The notes below the pieces were generated by a model. It was given only the letters and a program-made list of their open reading frames with translations. It ran no database searches and was not told the origin of the DNA. Of a stretch of DNA of 64,000 nt, positions 11,380-22,895 are shown piece by piece (the first letter of the stretch is position 1; each line of letters opens with the position of its first letter). Location: NCBI RefSeq assembly GCF_932526225.1, contig NC_064047.1, forward strand, positions 1,817,027 through 1,881,026, read 5' to 3'. The translations under genes were made by a program, and so were the position numbers. Source of the DNA: Nematostella vectensis. Its lineage: Eukaryota.

Positions 11380-11939
11380 CTTGGGGACGAAATAAGGTGG
11401 ATAAGTGGATGTCACTGACTGACAGGCGTGAAATGCATGTTTGTATTCACATACAAATCTGTAAACAACATGTTACCAAGAGAACTTGATATGTTCAATG
11501 TGATAATCATAGCTACGCCACAAGGGATAGAGAGCACCACCATCTAGCTCTCCCCAAAACTCGAACTGAATTTTATAAAAAAAATCCCTGCAGGTTAATG
11601 GAGCCAAATTGTATAATATTTAGCCTGCAGGGGTGATCACTTCTAGGTCGCTTAGGTCGTTTAATTACCAAGCAAAAACAAAATAAAAAATAAAAATACT
11701 TTTCAAAGCATATTTTCAGGTTAGATTTAGGTGTTAATTTAAAAAAATTATGTTGTTTTTATATCTTTAAATTTTAAAATTGTAGCATATACACATTCTA
11801 TTTTCTTTTAAATTTTGTTTTCCAGGTCACCCATTAATATCAGCTTTGCTGAAGATATTTAACTGGAAAAATATTTGTAAATAATAAATACAGTCGTTGA
11901 TACCAGATAAGAAATCACTGAATACATCCAAGTACTAAC

Positions 11940-12097
11940 CGATCCGATCCCGAGCCAATCCGCCAGGTCCCGAGCATTAGCGAGTGCAGTCGACAGGCCA
12001 ACGACACGGACCTTCTTGTCGGTGTGTGAGGAGATGAAGTTAGTTCTTGATACGATCACCTCAAGGACAGGACCTCGCTCATCCCCCAGCAGGTGAA
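11940..12097 (-). CDS. ASCC3: ASCC3 exon 24 ([53 protein letters not shown])
   Basis: Second DEIH box and STALANA motif. Acceptor ctgttccag| and donor TCG|GTTAGT. Confidence 0.8.
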
Positions 12098-12419
12098 TCT
12101 GGAACAGACAGGTTTAATACTGGTTACAAACAGGTTTGACCAGCCCCAACCTCACCTCAACATTGTTGGCTTCAACAATCAAGTGATTAGGCTAATTTGT
12201 GAGCTGCGACAGCTGCGTGGTACGGGCTTATAAAACAAGGGGTAGACCTGAGACAGCTACGTGGTACAAGGGGTAAAGCTGGTGACTTGATGTTTGTTGT
12301 TTTAGGAAAAGCACCAAGCCACTCCCTTCTTCCCCAATCTCACAGCATCGAACTGCATCAGGTGAATAATCATGTCTTCATTTTCCTACTCAAACCAGTC
12401 CACATACAAAGTCCATAGG

Positions 12420-12746
12420 GTCGACCACAAAGATAACTAGTATGAGATCTGCCAGCTCTGACTGACGCTCAGCCCAACAAACCAGTTGCATACTAGTTTT
12501 ACAGGTTAAAGAATCTACCTCTTTAATAATAACCAGATTGACTTGTTTGACATAGCTAAGCGTCTGCCAGCTCTGACTGATCCCAGCCCGACAAGCCAGT
12601 TGCATACTAGTTTTACATGTTTAAATATCTACTTCGTCAATAGTGAGCAGATTGAATTGTTTGACATAGCTACGCGTCTGCCAGCTCTGACTGATCCCAG
12701 CCCGACAAACAAATTGCATACTAGTTTTACAGTTTTAAGTATCTAC
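12420..12746. repeat. 120-bp tandem pseudo-copies (about 3 copies) of the 3' end of ASCC3 exon 23 plus its donor (…SWQTRSYVKQVNLLIIDE|GTAGAT)
   Basis: The minus-strand copies read SWQTLSYVKQFNLLTIDE|GTAGAT and ...IIKE|GTAGAT. Confidence 0.8.
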
Positions 12747-12900
12747 CTCGTCAATAATAAGCAGATTGACTTGTTTGACGTAGCTACGCGTCTGCCAGCT
12801 TCGACTGATGCCGTCCCACTTCTCCGGTGTCGTCACGATGAGGTCAGCCTGGCTAATGGAACGCGAGTCTGGTGTGACGTCACCCGTCAGTTCTATCACC
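12747..12900 (-). CDS. ASCC3: ASCC3 exon 23 ([52 protein letters not shown])
   Basis: Acceptor ccgttgccag| and donor GAG|GTAGAT. The downstream intron carries 2-3 pseudo-copies of this exon's 3' end plus donor. Confidence 0.85.
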
Positions 12901-13067
12901 CTGGCAACGGAATTATCTCATTATCCCATGATAAGGTTATTGCTTGCAGCGTACTCGGGAAGCAATTAAATGTAATTGTCCATTTCTTGGATGCAGTTTT
13001 TGTGCGTTAAACTGAAGAAAAATGGTATATAAGAAAACAAATCTCAGTTCTGGAATAAAAAACGTAC

Positions 13068-13153
13068 CTTTTGCCTAGCTTTCGTCCAAATCGCACTTTC
13101 CAGTCATCCATGCGCTCCCTCACGAGGGCCTTCAGAGGCGCAATGTAAACAGC
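13068..13153 (-). CDS. ASCC3: ASCC3 exon 22 (AVYIAPLKALVRERMDDWKVRFGRKLGK-)
   Basis: Acceptor ttttacag| and donor AG|GTACGT. Confidence 0.85.
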
Positions 13154-13439
13154 CTGTAAAAGGACAAAACAATTCATCTGACCTTTGATTCTTTAAAATA
13201 AAACCTCCCACATGATATGCTACCCAAAGGCCGGTTCCTAGATGGCAGGTTAGCCTTAACACACGGATAAATCGGCTATCCCGACATTTAATTGTACAAA
13301 AAGCGCATCCATCCCTGACTTAGCGTTAGCATGCTTTCTAGGAATCCGGCCCAGTACTTCTAGTGCCTCGGTCATTACTCGGCATAGAAGTAATTTGAGA
13401 TGTGCCTCGTTATTATGAGGGCATGACTGGGTACTGGGT

Positions 13440-14095
13440 TCGGGAGTGACTCGATACTATTCGGGTGTGACTCGATACTATTCGGGAGTGACTCGATACA
13501 ATTCGGGAGTGACTCGGTACAATTCGGGAGTGACTCGGTACAATTCGGGAGTGACTTGGTACTATTTGGGAGTGACACGGTACAATTCGGGAGTGACTCG
13601 ATACAATTCGGGAGTGACTCGTTACAATTCGGGAGTGTATCGGTACGATTTGGGAGTGACTAGGTACAATTCGGGAGTGACTCGGTACAATCCGGTAGTG
13701 ACTCGTTACAATTTGGGAAGTGACTAGGTACTATTCGGGAGTGACTCGGTACAATTCGGGAGTGACTCGATACAATTCGGCAGTGAATAAGTACAATTCT
13801 GGAGTGACTAGACACAATTCGGCAGTGAATAAGTACAATTCAGGAGTGACTCGTTACAATTCGGGGAGTGACTCGTTACAATTCGGGGAGTGACTAGGTA
13901 CAATTCGGGGAGTGACTCGGTACTATTCGAGAGTAACTCGAGTTCGTATTATTTGGGAGTGACACGGTATTATTCCGGAGTGACTTGGTACTATTCGGCA
14001 GTGACCCGGTACTATTCGGCAGTGACTCGGTACTATTCGGCAGTGACTCGGTACTATTCGGCAGTGACCCGGTACCATTCGTGTGCATTTAACTG
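13440..14095. repeat. 21-30-bp minisatellite (GGGAGTGACTCGGTACAATTC)n, more than 20 copies, starting just 3' of the exon-21 donor
   Basis: Direct reading. The unit does not contain the junction. Confidence 0.8.
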
Positions 14096-14106
14096 TTTAT
14101 GCATAC

Positions 14107-14229
14107 CTTTGCACCAGGATACTTGTCGAACAACCTGAATATAGCAAGCTCGGCGATGATGGTCTTGCCTGAGCCGGTGGGCGCCCCTAGCAGCACATTG
14201 TGGTCAGAGTTGTACACGGTGTGGAAAAC
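14107..14229 (-). CDS. ASCC3: ASCC3 exon 21: second cassette Walker A ([41 protein letters not shown])
   Basis: The [10 protein letters not shown]-loop is present. Acceptor cctttag| and donor AAG|GTATGC. Confidence 0.9.
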
Positions 14230-14399
14230 CTAAAGGAATAGTGTATATATGGTAAATTTCAACTGCGTCATTATAAATGCCAATTTGGACCTTAGCAACA
14301 ATGACGAAAACGTGGACGAAGACGGCAGAAAACAATGAAACGGGATTATGAATAGCAGCAGGTAAAAAGGCGTTCTGATAAATTTCAGTTGATGCTGTA

Positions 14400-15154
14400 T
14401 TGCGTGATTTCAAGTTGTGTCGCGTGATGTCACGGCCGTCTTACGTGGCCATACGTATCTGTACGAGGATTGGGTGCGTGGCTAGCTTTGTTGCGTGACG
14501 CAATGGCGTTGTATTGCGTTATTCCAAGCAATGTTGCGTGACGTCACAATGCTGTATTACGCAACCATATGTTGCGTGACGCCATGGTGCTGTATTGCGT
14601 GATTTCAATTAATGTTGCGTGACGTCACGGTATAGTATGGAATCACGGGTGGCCCTCTCAACCCTGAATTTCACTTGTTGGACGTATGTGAGCTTACTAG
14701 AAGCTCGTGTTCCTCAGTTCCAAGATGGGTCATTATTAATACATTAGGATTTTAAATGTGAAGCGCTTAGAACATGGTTGATATAAGCGCTACATAAATG
14801 TCAATTGAATTAATTAATTTAATTATTACGCGACCATACAGTGCCTGTATCTGTACGGGGTTATGTTGCGTGACGCCATGGTGCTGTATTGCGATGATTT
14901 TTAGTAGTGTTGCGTGACGTCACGGTGCAGTATTGCGTGACAATACAGTACCTGCATCTGCACGGGGTAGTGTGCGTGACGCCACGGTGTAATGTTTGAA
15001 TTCAAGTAGTGTTGTGTGACGTCACGGTGTAGTATTACGTGACAATACAGTACCTGTATCTGCACGGGGTTGTGTTGCGTGACCTAATGTTGCAGCATCG
15101 CGTGATTTCAAGTAGCATTGCGTGACATCACGGTGTAGTATTACGTGACCATAC
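14400..15154. repeat. 60/120-bp minisatellite (about 6 copies) built from the ASCC3 exon-20 donor junction (minus strand AACCCCGTGCAGATACAG|GTACTGTATTGTCACG, i.e. …NPVQTQ|GT)
   Basis: Each unit repeats the last 18 nt of the exon plus a GTA donor and a TGACGTCA motif. The array abuts the real donor at 15154/15155. Confidence 0.8.
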
Positions 15155-15421
15155 CTGTGTCTGCACAGGGTTGAAGTGCGTAAACTTGTAGAGCAGCTCG
15201 TAGCTGACATTGTGTAGCGCGCTGATGGGCAAGGGCTGTAGGTCTAGTAGCTCAGTGTGCGGTGGATGTCTCTCCGGGAGGATCAAGTGCTGGAAGGAGA
15301 TAGCGCACACAGTCTCCGCCCCAAGCCACCGGTCAGACACTGCGTGTACGTAGTACTGAGGGGGGAGGGGTTCGAAGATAGGGATGGTGAATACGAGACT
15401 CTGGGGCTCCTCTGATAAGAC
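15155..15421 (-). CDS. ASCC3: ASCC3 exon 20 ([89 protein letters not shown])
   Basis: Near-identical to ASCC3 residues around SDRWLGAE...[14 protein letters not shown]. Acceptor ccttgtcag| and donor CAG|GTATGG. Confidence 0.9.
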
Positions 15422-16136
15422 CTGACAAGGAAATAAAAAAGCGTATAAGGAAAGACAATGACATGCGGTGGCACACAACAATGGGGATACAATGCGTCAC
15501 GTACATCTTGGCCTTTTATCCCCCATCTTATCTCCGCCAAATCAAGGCGTATAAAATCTGACTTATCTAGAATGAGACCGATTGCGCCCTGGAAACCAAA
15601 GAAGGTTTTCAGCCCAAGGCTAATAAAATCTGCTTGACTATCTCTGAAATTAAATTAACCGTACTGGAAAAAACTCCATTTCACTGCTAAAGCATCAAAT
15701 AATAAATGTGAATTAAATTTCCATCATCATTCCAGATCATTTTAACGAAGCTGCCTACAGTTTTCAAGTAGCTATAGCGCTCATGTTTAAAGGGTCACAG
15801 TTTGCGCAAAGCTTGGAAGATTAAGTCCAATTTGTCAAGTGAAGGATTGAATTTTCGAAAATATGTGAAAGGTTGTTATTTGAGTTACCACAGCTGCCAA
15901 GAAATGGATAAAATTCTTTCCTAACCATACCCCTTTGACAAAATTAAGACGTCTCCACATATTTAAAACAACGGTGTTACGCCAGTCGAATCCAGATCCC
16001 CTGTTTACCAAGTCCCGAGTCCGTGTTTATCGAATCCAGATCCCATGTTTACAAAATCTCGAGTCCATGTTCACCGAATCCCGAGTCCATGTTTACCGAA
16101 TCCATATCCATCATTTACCAAATAGCCGCCGCTTAC

Positions 16137-16387
16137 CTGCTTTTTCTGCAGTAACAGGTACTCGGAATGATAGATGTGAGAGTTCTCCGGGTCCTCGACC
16201 CAGATCCACCACGGCTCACTGCTGCCATGAGCCCGGTCATTCCACTCGAACTCAGCGGTAATCGTAAGGCGCACGCGCAGAACTGTTCGTGTGATTGGCT
16301 GAATGCTCGCTGCTATGGAAATGGCGGGAAAACGATTGACGCAGCTCTTAACGGTATGCCCCATACGCACGTGGTGGACCAGGTGAC
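16137..16387 (-). CDS. ASCC3: ASCC3 exon 19 (GHLVHHVRMGHTVKSCVNRFPAISIAASIQPITRTVLRVRLTITAEFEWNDRAHGSSEPWWIWVEDPENSHIYHSEYLLLQKKQ)
   Basis: The EPWWIWVEDP motif is present. Acceptor gatctcag| and donor CAG|GTAAGC. Confidence 0.85.
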
Positions 16388-17560
16388 CTGAGATCATAAT
16401 GAAAGGGTGTATAATGTGAGATACGAACACATAATCAAGGGGTGTATAATGTGAGATACGAACACATAATCAAGGGGTGTATAATGTGAGATACGAACAC
16501 ATAATCAAGGGGTGTATAATGTGAGATACGAACACATAATCAAGGGGTGTATAATGTGAGATACGAACACATAATCAAGGGGTGTATAGTGTGAGATACG
16601 AACACATAATCAAGGGGTGTATAATGTGAGATACGAACACATAATCAAGGGGTGTATAGTGTGAGATACGAACACATAATCAAGGGGTGTATAGTGTGAG
16701 ATACGAACACATAATCAAGGGGTGTATGATGTGAGATACGAACACATAATCAAGGGGTGTATAATGTGAGATACGAACACATAATCAAGGGGTGTATAAT
16801 GTGAGATACGAACACATAATCAAGGGGTGTATAGTGTGAGATACGAACACATAATCAAGGGGTGTATAATGTGAGATACGAACACATAATCAAGGGGTGT
16901 ATAGTGTGAGATACGAACACATACTCAAGGAGTGTATAGTGTGAGATACGAACACATAATCAAGGGGTGTATGATGTGAGATACGAACACATAATCAAGG
17001 GGTGTATAATGTGAGATACGAACACATAATCAAGGGGTGTATAATGTGAGACACGAACACATAATCAAGGGGTGTATAGTGTGAGATACGAACACATAAT
17101 CAAGGGGTGTATAATGTGAGATACGAACACATAATCAAGGGGTGTATAGTGTGAGATACGAACACATAATCAAGGGGTGTATAATGTGAGATACGAACAC
17201 ATAATCAAGGGGTGTATAGTGTGAGATACGAACACATAATCAAGGGGTGTATAGTGTGAGATACGAACACATAATCAAGGGGTGTATGATGTGAGATACG
17301 AACACATAATCAAGGGGTGTATAATGTGAGACACGAACACATAATCAAGGGGTGTATAATGTGAGATACGAACACATAATCAAGGGGTGTATGATGTGAG
17401 ATACGAACACATAATCAAGGGGTGTATAATGTGAGATACGAACCCAAAATTAAAGGTTGTATAATGTGAGATACGAACACATAATCAAGGGGTGTAGAGT
17501 GTGAGATACGAACACATGATCAGGGATGTATGGTGTGAGATAGGAACTTAAGATCAGGGG
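16388..17560. repeat. 40-bp minisatellite (GGGGTGTATAATGTGAGATACGAACACATAATCAA), about 29 copies, filling about 85% of the intron between exons 19 and 18
   Basis: Direct reading. The unit resembles the last 20 nt of that intron (cattatgatctcag). Confidence 0.85.
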
Positions 17561-17738
17561 TGAATAGTGTCGAATACCGTCGGCGGAGGGGGCGGGAGAG
17601 AAGAGATAATAGGGAGAAGACGTCTTCTCACTCCTTTCCCTTCTCTCCACCCCCCCCCCCCCCCTTCCACCGCCCTTTTCAACCGGGACGCCCTGGGTTT
17701 CAGAGGATGAAGACATGTGGAGTCTGCTATTTTCCTAC

Positions 17739-17964
17739 CTATTTCCTCAGGCACCATATCTCGTAGTTTTTCTAATGAAGCTTTACGTCCTTCTAGTTTA
17801 TTGAGAATCTCGGGGCTTAAGGTGGTGAACTGTTTCAGCGGATGCTCCTCTGGCCATAGCCTCTTTTCGATGCATTTACTCAGCGTCAGTAGCCTGTTTG
17901 CTAACACAGGGTACCCACGCCTCAGAGCAATCTCGAATAATCCTCGAATCAGACGAGCGCCGTT
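17739..17964 (-). CDS. ASCC3: ASCC3 exon 18 (NGARLIRGLFEIALRRGYPVLANRLLTLSKCIEKRLWPEEHPLKQFTTLSPEILNKLEGRKASLEKLRDMVPEEIG)
   Basis: Acceptor ttacctccag| and donor G|GTAGGA; leaves in phase 1. Confidence 0.8.
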
Positions 17965-18636
17965 CTGGAGGTAAAGAGAGCAGTATTTAATAATAACATT
18001 TATAATTTATACCGCGCAATTTTTTTAAATTGAAATGTCAAAATATTTCAATATGTTCAAATGCACAAGGAGAGGTACAGAGCTTGAAAAGGGCAGCTTC
18101 ATGGTAAGAGCTTTGCAATAGCTCTCCGGCCCTGACACAAAGAATTTCAGCCAAATTCTAATATTGAGCCTTTGATATTATGTGGGAGACCTGAATTTAA
18201 AAATTCAAAGGAAATGACCACAAACTGTTAATAAACATAGTTTTCAATAAATTATTGCATATTATTTTACGAAGGCATTGACAGCTTAAAGTTTAAATGC
18301 TTGTAGACAATTAAAAGCCTAAAATAAACAGTGACCCAAGACATGCGCAGTACCTGACGCTGCCCCTTTAAAAGGTTTTTTATTTGATTTGCGTAAGAAG
18401 TTGTTGCCTTGTTTTAAATATTTGAAACAAATAATTCCACACATCTTCCCACAACTCTTAGCGGTGCGCGCGTGGAACTGAGGATAATTTTGACGCCTCG
18501 TTTTCACGCGCACGTCGCAAAGAGTTGTGTGGAGAGGTGGGGAGGGTGAACATAACTAAATCCTGCGAAAGCACAGGTAAGTACCTTTATCCATGAAGTT
18601 TAAGATAATCAGGTTATTTTGTGTTACGGTTTTCAC

Positions 18637-18816
18637 CTGCGCGACGTAGCCGAGGTCGGATACGAGGGAGAATGACTCTACCCTGCCACGGCTTATGTAG
18701 GTCTGCAGAAGAATGTTCACTTTGCCATAAGTATTCTCCACCCCTCCCTTGACGGGGATGACGACACAGTCCTCGTGGAGATGCTCCTCCAGCTCCGACA
18801 GCTCGTCCTCGCGCAC
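18637..18816 (-). CDS. ASCC3: ASCC3 exon 17, first Sec63 unit (VREDELSELEEHLHEDCVVIPVKGGVENTYGKVNILLQTYISRGRVESFSLVSDLGYVAQ)
   Basis: The GGVEN..GK.NILLQTYISRG motif is present. Acceptor tgacag| and donor CAG|GTGAAA. Confidence 0.85.
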
Positions 18817-19151
18817 CTGTCACGCAACACATGGTAAGGTCATGCTATACCCAAACGATCAGGTCACACAACAAAGCTACTGTTCAGTTGCGCAGTTCTT
18901 AAAATAGTCAGGGGGCAGATATAGGAAAATTCAGGTTTCGCTCAACCCTCACCACAGAAAACATATAAAGCTGAATCTTGTAGAACGAAACCCTTGAACA
19001 ATGCTAGCAAATATATAGTGTCAATAAAAAGATATGTGTTTTATTGCGTCACTCGTTGTCCTGCTTATTAACGAGTACGAAGTAGAAAACATAAATACGA
19101 TAAGGAAAGGGAACATTTTCCTTATAACGTTTCCTGATAAGTGACGTAAAT

Positions 19152-19437
19152 CAGGGGCGGATACAGGGTGGTGGATTGGGTGGATATCCACCCCCCCCTT
19201 TTTGAGTAGAAAAATTGAAAAATCACTTTGTTTAAAAAAATATATGTGCGATGGACAGGAGGAACTGTCCATGTTCCTTCGCCTGCTTGACTTTGCTGTC
19301 GCGACATATCCAATTCAGCGTAAAGTATTGTTAGATCCATGTGACCTACCATGTGAAGTACCACAGAATCAGTTATAAGCCGTCTAGCCGGCCATTATCC
19401 ACCCCCTATTTTGAAATTCTGGATCCACCCCTGTAAA
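19152..19437. mobile_element. Small MITE-like element with imperfect TIRs CAGGGG(C/T)GGAT..
   Basis: Left end aaatCAGGGGCGGATAC, right end GGATCCACCCCTGtaaatt, with an internal GGTGGATTGGGTGGATATCCACCCC palindrome. Confidence 0.35.
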
Positions 19438-19484
19438 TTAATATGTCACAGACCCAGATATCAGGCACATGTCTCAGGCCCTAC

Positions 19485-19571
19485 CTTAATTTGCTCAAAT
19501 TCGCCAGCGTGTGACAACATCTCCAGGATTTCTGGCATTGCAAGGTCTGGACGGAACCTCTCGTTGAATTC
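19485..19571 (-). CDS. ASCC3: ASCC3 exon 16 (EFNERFRPDLAMPEILEMLSHAGEFEQIK)
   Basis: Acceptor tgtgtag| and donor AAG|GTAGGG. Confidence 0.6.
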
Positions 19572-19625
19572 CTACACAGGAAATCACACATTAAAGGTGT
19601 GAACAAATAAAAGCTCAGCACAACC

Positions 19626-20040
19626 ACCACAAGTGGCGCGATAGCTCAGTGATACGGGCTTCGCTTCTCAAGCAAGAGGGCGGGGGTCCGAACCCTGGTC
19701 AGATCAACTGATCAAGGATTTTTTTCAGAGGTGTAAATAGACTTGGCTCTCTACACTGGTGACTGTGAATCCCTCATCTTCTTGGATAAGGACGTTAAGC
19801 CGGAGGTCCCGTCACTCATCGCACATCATTAACCTGTATTGGGAGACGTAAAAGAACCGCTGGGGACGCTGGCTCGTGGTACCATCTTCAGTGACAATGC
19901 TTACAAACTAACTCACTCATGATTGTAAACTGCGTGGAGCAGTCCGTATCTACACACTGACGAGTGTGAGCATTTGATCATTTCGTTTGTTAAAGTGCGC
20001 TATACAAATGACAAACATTTTAGCGAATGCTAAGAAACCT
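19626..20040 (+). mobile_element. tRNA-derived SINE (tRNA-like head with A/B boxes, a body, and a conserved GTGCGCTATACAAATG tail motif)
   Basis: GGCGCGATAGCTCAGTGATA...GGGTCCGAACCC resembles a tRNA A-box and B-box, but the acceptor stem does not pair, so this is not a functional tRNA. Tail motifs of the same type recur at 7225-7260 and 14745-14810. Confidence 0.45.
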
Positions 20041-20339
20041 AGATCAAACTTAAGGCTATATTTTTTTTATGACTCCCTCATTATCAAACAAATCTGTCAT
20101 CTTTTGTACAGTATGGTTTTAATGCTGTACAAAAAGTCAAAACAGCGACCGAAACCGATGTAAGCTATTCGTACCTTTACTCGAACGATTCAACACTGAG
20201 ATTTTGTTTGTTCTCGCCAGAACACGCGCATGCGCATACGTTATTAAGCACTGTCCGATAACATTATACTTGATGCAACACGGATGCGCGGTAGGTAATT
20301 CCTTATTTCCTAAAAAAATATCATACTTAATAAAGGAGT

Positions 20340-20882
20340 CGCCGTGTTAGTGAAGTTGGCTGGTCCTTACCTCGATAGTATCGAACTCGATGTAGAAGTG
20401 ACTGGTCGTGTTATCAAGGTCGGCTGGTCCTTACCTCAATAGTATCGAACTCGATGTAGAAGTTTCTGGTCGTGTTATCGAGGTCGGCTGATCCTTACCT
20501 CAATAGTATTGAACTCGATGTAGAAGTTACTAGTTGTGTTATCAAGGTCGGCTGGTCCTAACCTTAATAGTATCGAACTCGATGTAGAAATTTCTGTTTG
20601 TGTTATCAAGGTCGGCTGGTCCTTACCTCAATAGTATCGAACTCGATGTAGAAGTGACTGGTCGTGTTATCGAGGTCGGCTGGTCCTTACCTCAATAGTA
20701 TCGAACTCGATGTAGAAGTAACTAGTCGTGCTATCGAGGTCAGCTGGTCCTTACCTCAATAGTATCGAACTCGATGTAGAAGTTACTAGTTGTGTTATCG
20801 AGGTCGGCTGGTTTTTACCTCATTGGTATCGTACTCGATATAGAAGTGACTGCTCGTGGTCTCAAGGTCGCCTGGTCCTTAC
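20340..20882. repeat. 60-bp minisatellite (about 9 copies) built from the ASCC3 exon-15 donor junction (minus strand …TTCTACATCGAGTTCGATACTATTGAG|GTAAGGACCAGC)
   Basis: Units read FYIEFDTIE|GTAAGG, against the real exon end FYIKYDTIE|GTAAGG. Confidence 0.85.
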
Positions 20883-21047
20883 CTCTATAGTATCGTACTT
20901 GATATAGAAGTGACTGGCCGTTCTACCGAGGTCGGTGGCTGACAAGTAGCCTTGCTCCTCTGCAAATCTGATCATACGGGCCTTGTCCAGTTTACGAGCA
21001 GTCGACACTATCAGCTGCCGTCTGTAATTCTCGAGTGTCGGGTCATC
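20883..21047 (-). CDS. ASCC3: ASCC3 exon 15 (DDPTLENYRRQLIVSTARKLDKARMIRFAEEQGYLSATDLGRTASHFYIKYDTIE)
   Basis: Acceptor ttttcaag| and donor GAG|GTAAGG. The real donor is the first in a ladder of about 10 tandem donor copies. Confidence 0.75.
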
Positions 21048-21818
21048 CTTGAAAATAACAGAATGTTCAACAGGTGAATTTCTCTCATTTGGACGAGTTA
21101 GGCCTAGATTAAGCGGCCCACCAGATTCGCAACACCCTGATGCTCTAGAAAACGTTAGACAGGTTTATTGCACAGGAAATTGAGTCCATGAGGTGGTTTA
21201 TTGTCGTTTTGTGGGACCGGTCTATGGTCGGACAGAACGAAGCAGAACGGCACGACGCCTGGACATGCGACTCTGGTGCCTTGTTAAATCTAGGCGTTAG
21301 ATTCTTTATAGGCAAGGCAATCAAAACGTTGGATTTTTTCATACTAGCAAATACCAAGTTTGAAAGACTATTGCAATATTACGGTCGGGCTTGGTAAATG
21401 AAGAGTGAAACTTTGTTTCTAGATTAATATTTCAAAGTTTCATTACATAATTCATGTTGCTATGTTGGATGAAAAAGGTTTGGCCGAATTGGCCTATTTC
21501 TGTCAAACCCTCAAAAACCCTCTGCAGTCGGTATTACCCAAGTGATGGGGCTAAAACTGTGATTCGAATATGTTAGGAAAAAGGTATAATTATGCGATGA
21601 ATCTGCGATTTATTCTTAAAATATACAGTTTATATAGCGCGCAGAACCAAATGCTAAGACAGGTACTCATGATTCAAGTTGAACTAGTTTGAATATGAGT
21701 TTCACGAATGATCAAACTTGATCAAACTTTAAATGATTCAGTTTAAACTTGTTTCTTCAAATTTTACCAGCCTTGAAAAAAATACAGAACAAAAGTGAAG
21801 AAAGTTAATACAACGAAC

Positions 21819-21938
21819 CTCTTTATCCTTGTGAGGAATTCCATAGACTAGAGGGTTCTTGATCATTCGTATGTACAGGTAAGAGTAGCTCAGCCATTCC
21901 ACCGCTTCGTTTACATTAGTAACAGTACCAAGACAAAT
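21819..21938 (-). CDS. ASCC3: ASCC3 exon 14 ([40 protein letters not shown])
   Basis: Start of the winged-helix/Sec63 region. Acceptor cttgtag| and a weak donor GAG|GTTCGT. Phase 0 on both sides. Confidence 0.6.
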
Positions 21939-22400
21939 CTACAAGACAATGTATTACTTGAATGCGGCCTAGAAAGTCAAGTCTGAAAAAAAGGGGTGAT
22001 CATGGGATGTATAATAATCGTGTAGGGTCGAATAGTTATTCCACCGCTTCGTTTACATTAGTAACAGTACCAAGACAAATCTACAAGACAATGTATTAGT
22101 TGAATGCGGCCTAGAAAGTCAAGTCTAAAAAAAAAGGTTGATCATGGGATGTATACTAATCGTGTAGGGTCGAATAGTTATTCCACCGCTTCGTTTACAT
22201 TAGTAACAGTACCAAGACAAATCTACAAGACAATGTATTAGTTGAATGCGGCCTAGAAAGTCAAGTCTGAAAAAGGGGTGATCATGGGATGTATACTAAT
22301 CGTGTAGGGTCGAATAGTTATTCCACCGCTTCGTTTACATCAGTAACAGTACCAAGACAAATCTACAAGACAATGTATTATTAGTTTGGTGCGGCCCAAA
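21939..22400. repeat. 120-bp tandem repeat (about 4 copies) built from the ASCC3 exon-14 acceptor junction (minus strand ttgtcttgtag|ATTTGTCTTGGTACTGTTACTAATGTAAACGAAGCGGTGGAA)
   Basis: Each unit contains the acceptor plus the first about 45 nt of the exon. Confidence 0.85.
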
Positions 22401-22670
22401 ATAGAAAGATGATCGGATGTACTGATTGAGTAGGGGTACCATACCAACGAGAGTTGAAGGGAGAAGGAAATAAATAGGGATAATTCGAGTAAAGTACAGG
22501 AGGTGATAAACGAGGGAGAATGACACAGCAAGCACTGCGACAAAGTAAAAACGCTCAGACAATTCAAAGAGTGAACTTGGCGACATGGAAAAACATAGCG
22601 TGGGCAGGTGGTAGAGCAAAATAAAACCGAGAAGAAACATGACACACGGCACAAAGATTCCGAATATTAC

Positions 22671-22895
22671 CTCTGCATTAAGACTGTCAGTTAAGCTAGC
22701 GGTCAGCGTACTCTCGATTGGAGCCTGCCTGGTCAGCAGTGATAAGTAATGTGACAGTCTGTCATGCGCAGTGATGATTGTCCCTTCACCGAACTTGTCG
22801 AACTGCGGCCGACCAGCACGTCCAAAGATCTGTAGAACATCCAGGATGCCAAGATCCACGAACGAGCCCTTCTTTGCATCGTACACCTCTGTACC
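22671..22895 (-). CDS. ASCC3: ASCC3 exon 13 ([75 protein letters not shown])
   Basis: The [12 protein letters not shown] arginine finger is present. Acceptor ttttacag| and donor GAG|GTAATA. Confidence 0.85.

Noticed and set aside
12543-13010. 155-aa plus-strand ORF with internal 40-aa repeats
   Set aside because: It is antisense to ASCC3 exon 23 and its junction-derived pseudo-copies. The periodicity is that of the minisatellite, not of a protein.
16388-17560. CRISPR-like regular repeat array
   Set aside because: This is a eukaryotic intron. The units are contiguous with no unique spacers; it is a plain 40-bp minisatellite.
19626-19700. Possible tRNA gene (A-box TAGCTCAGTG, B-box-like GGTCCGAACCC)
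   Set aside because: The 5' and 3' ends cannot form a 7-bp acceptor stem and the T-stem is imperfect. Downstream sequence continues into a SINE-type body and tail, so I called it a tRNA-derived SINE instead.
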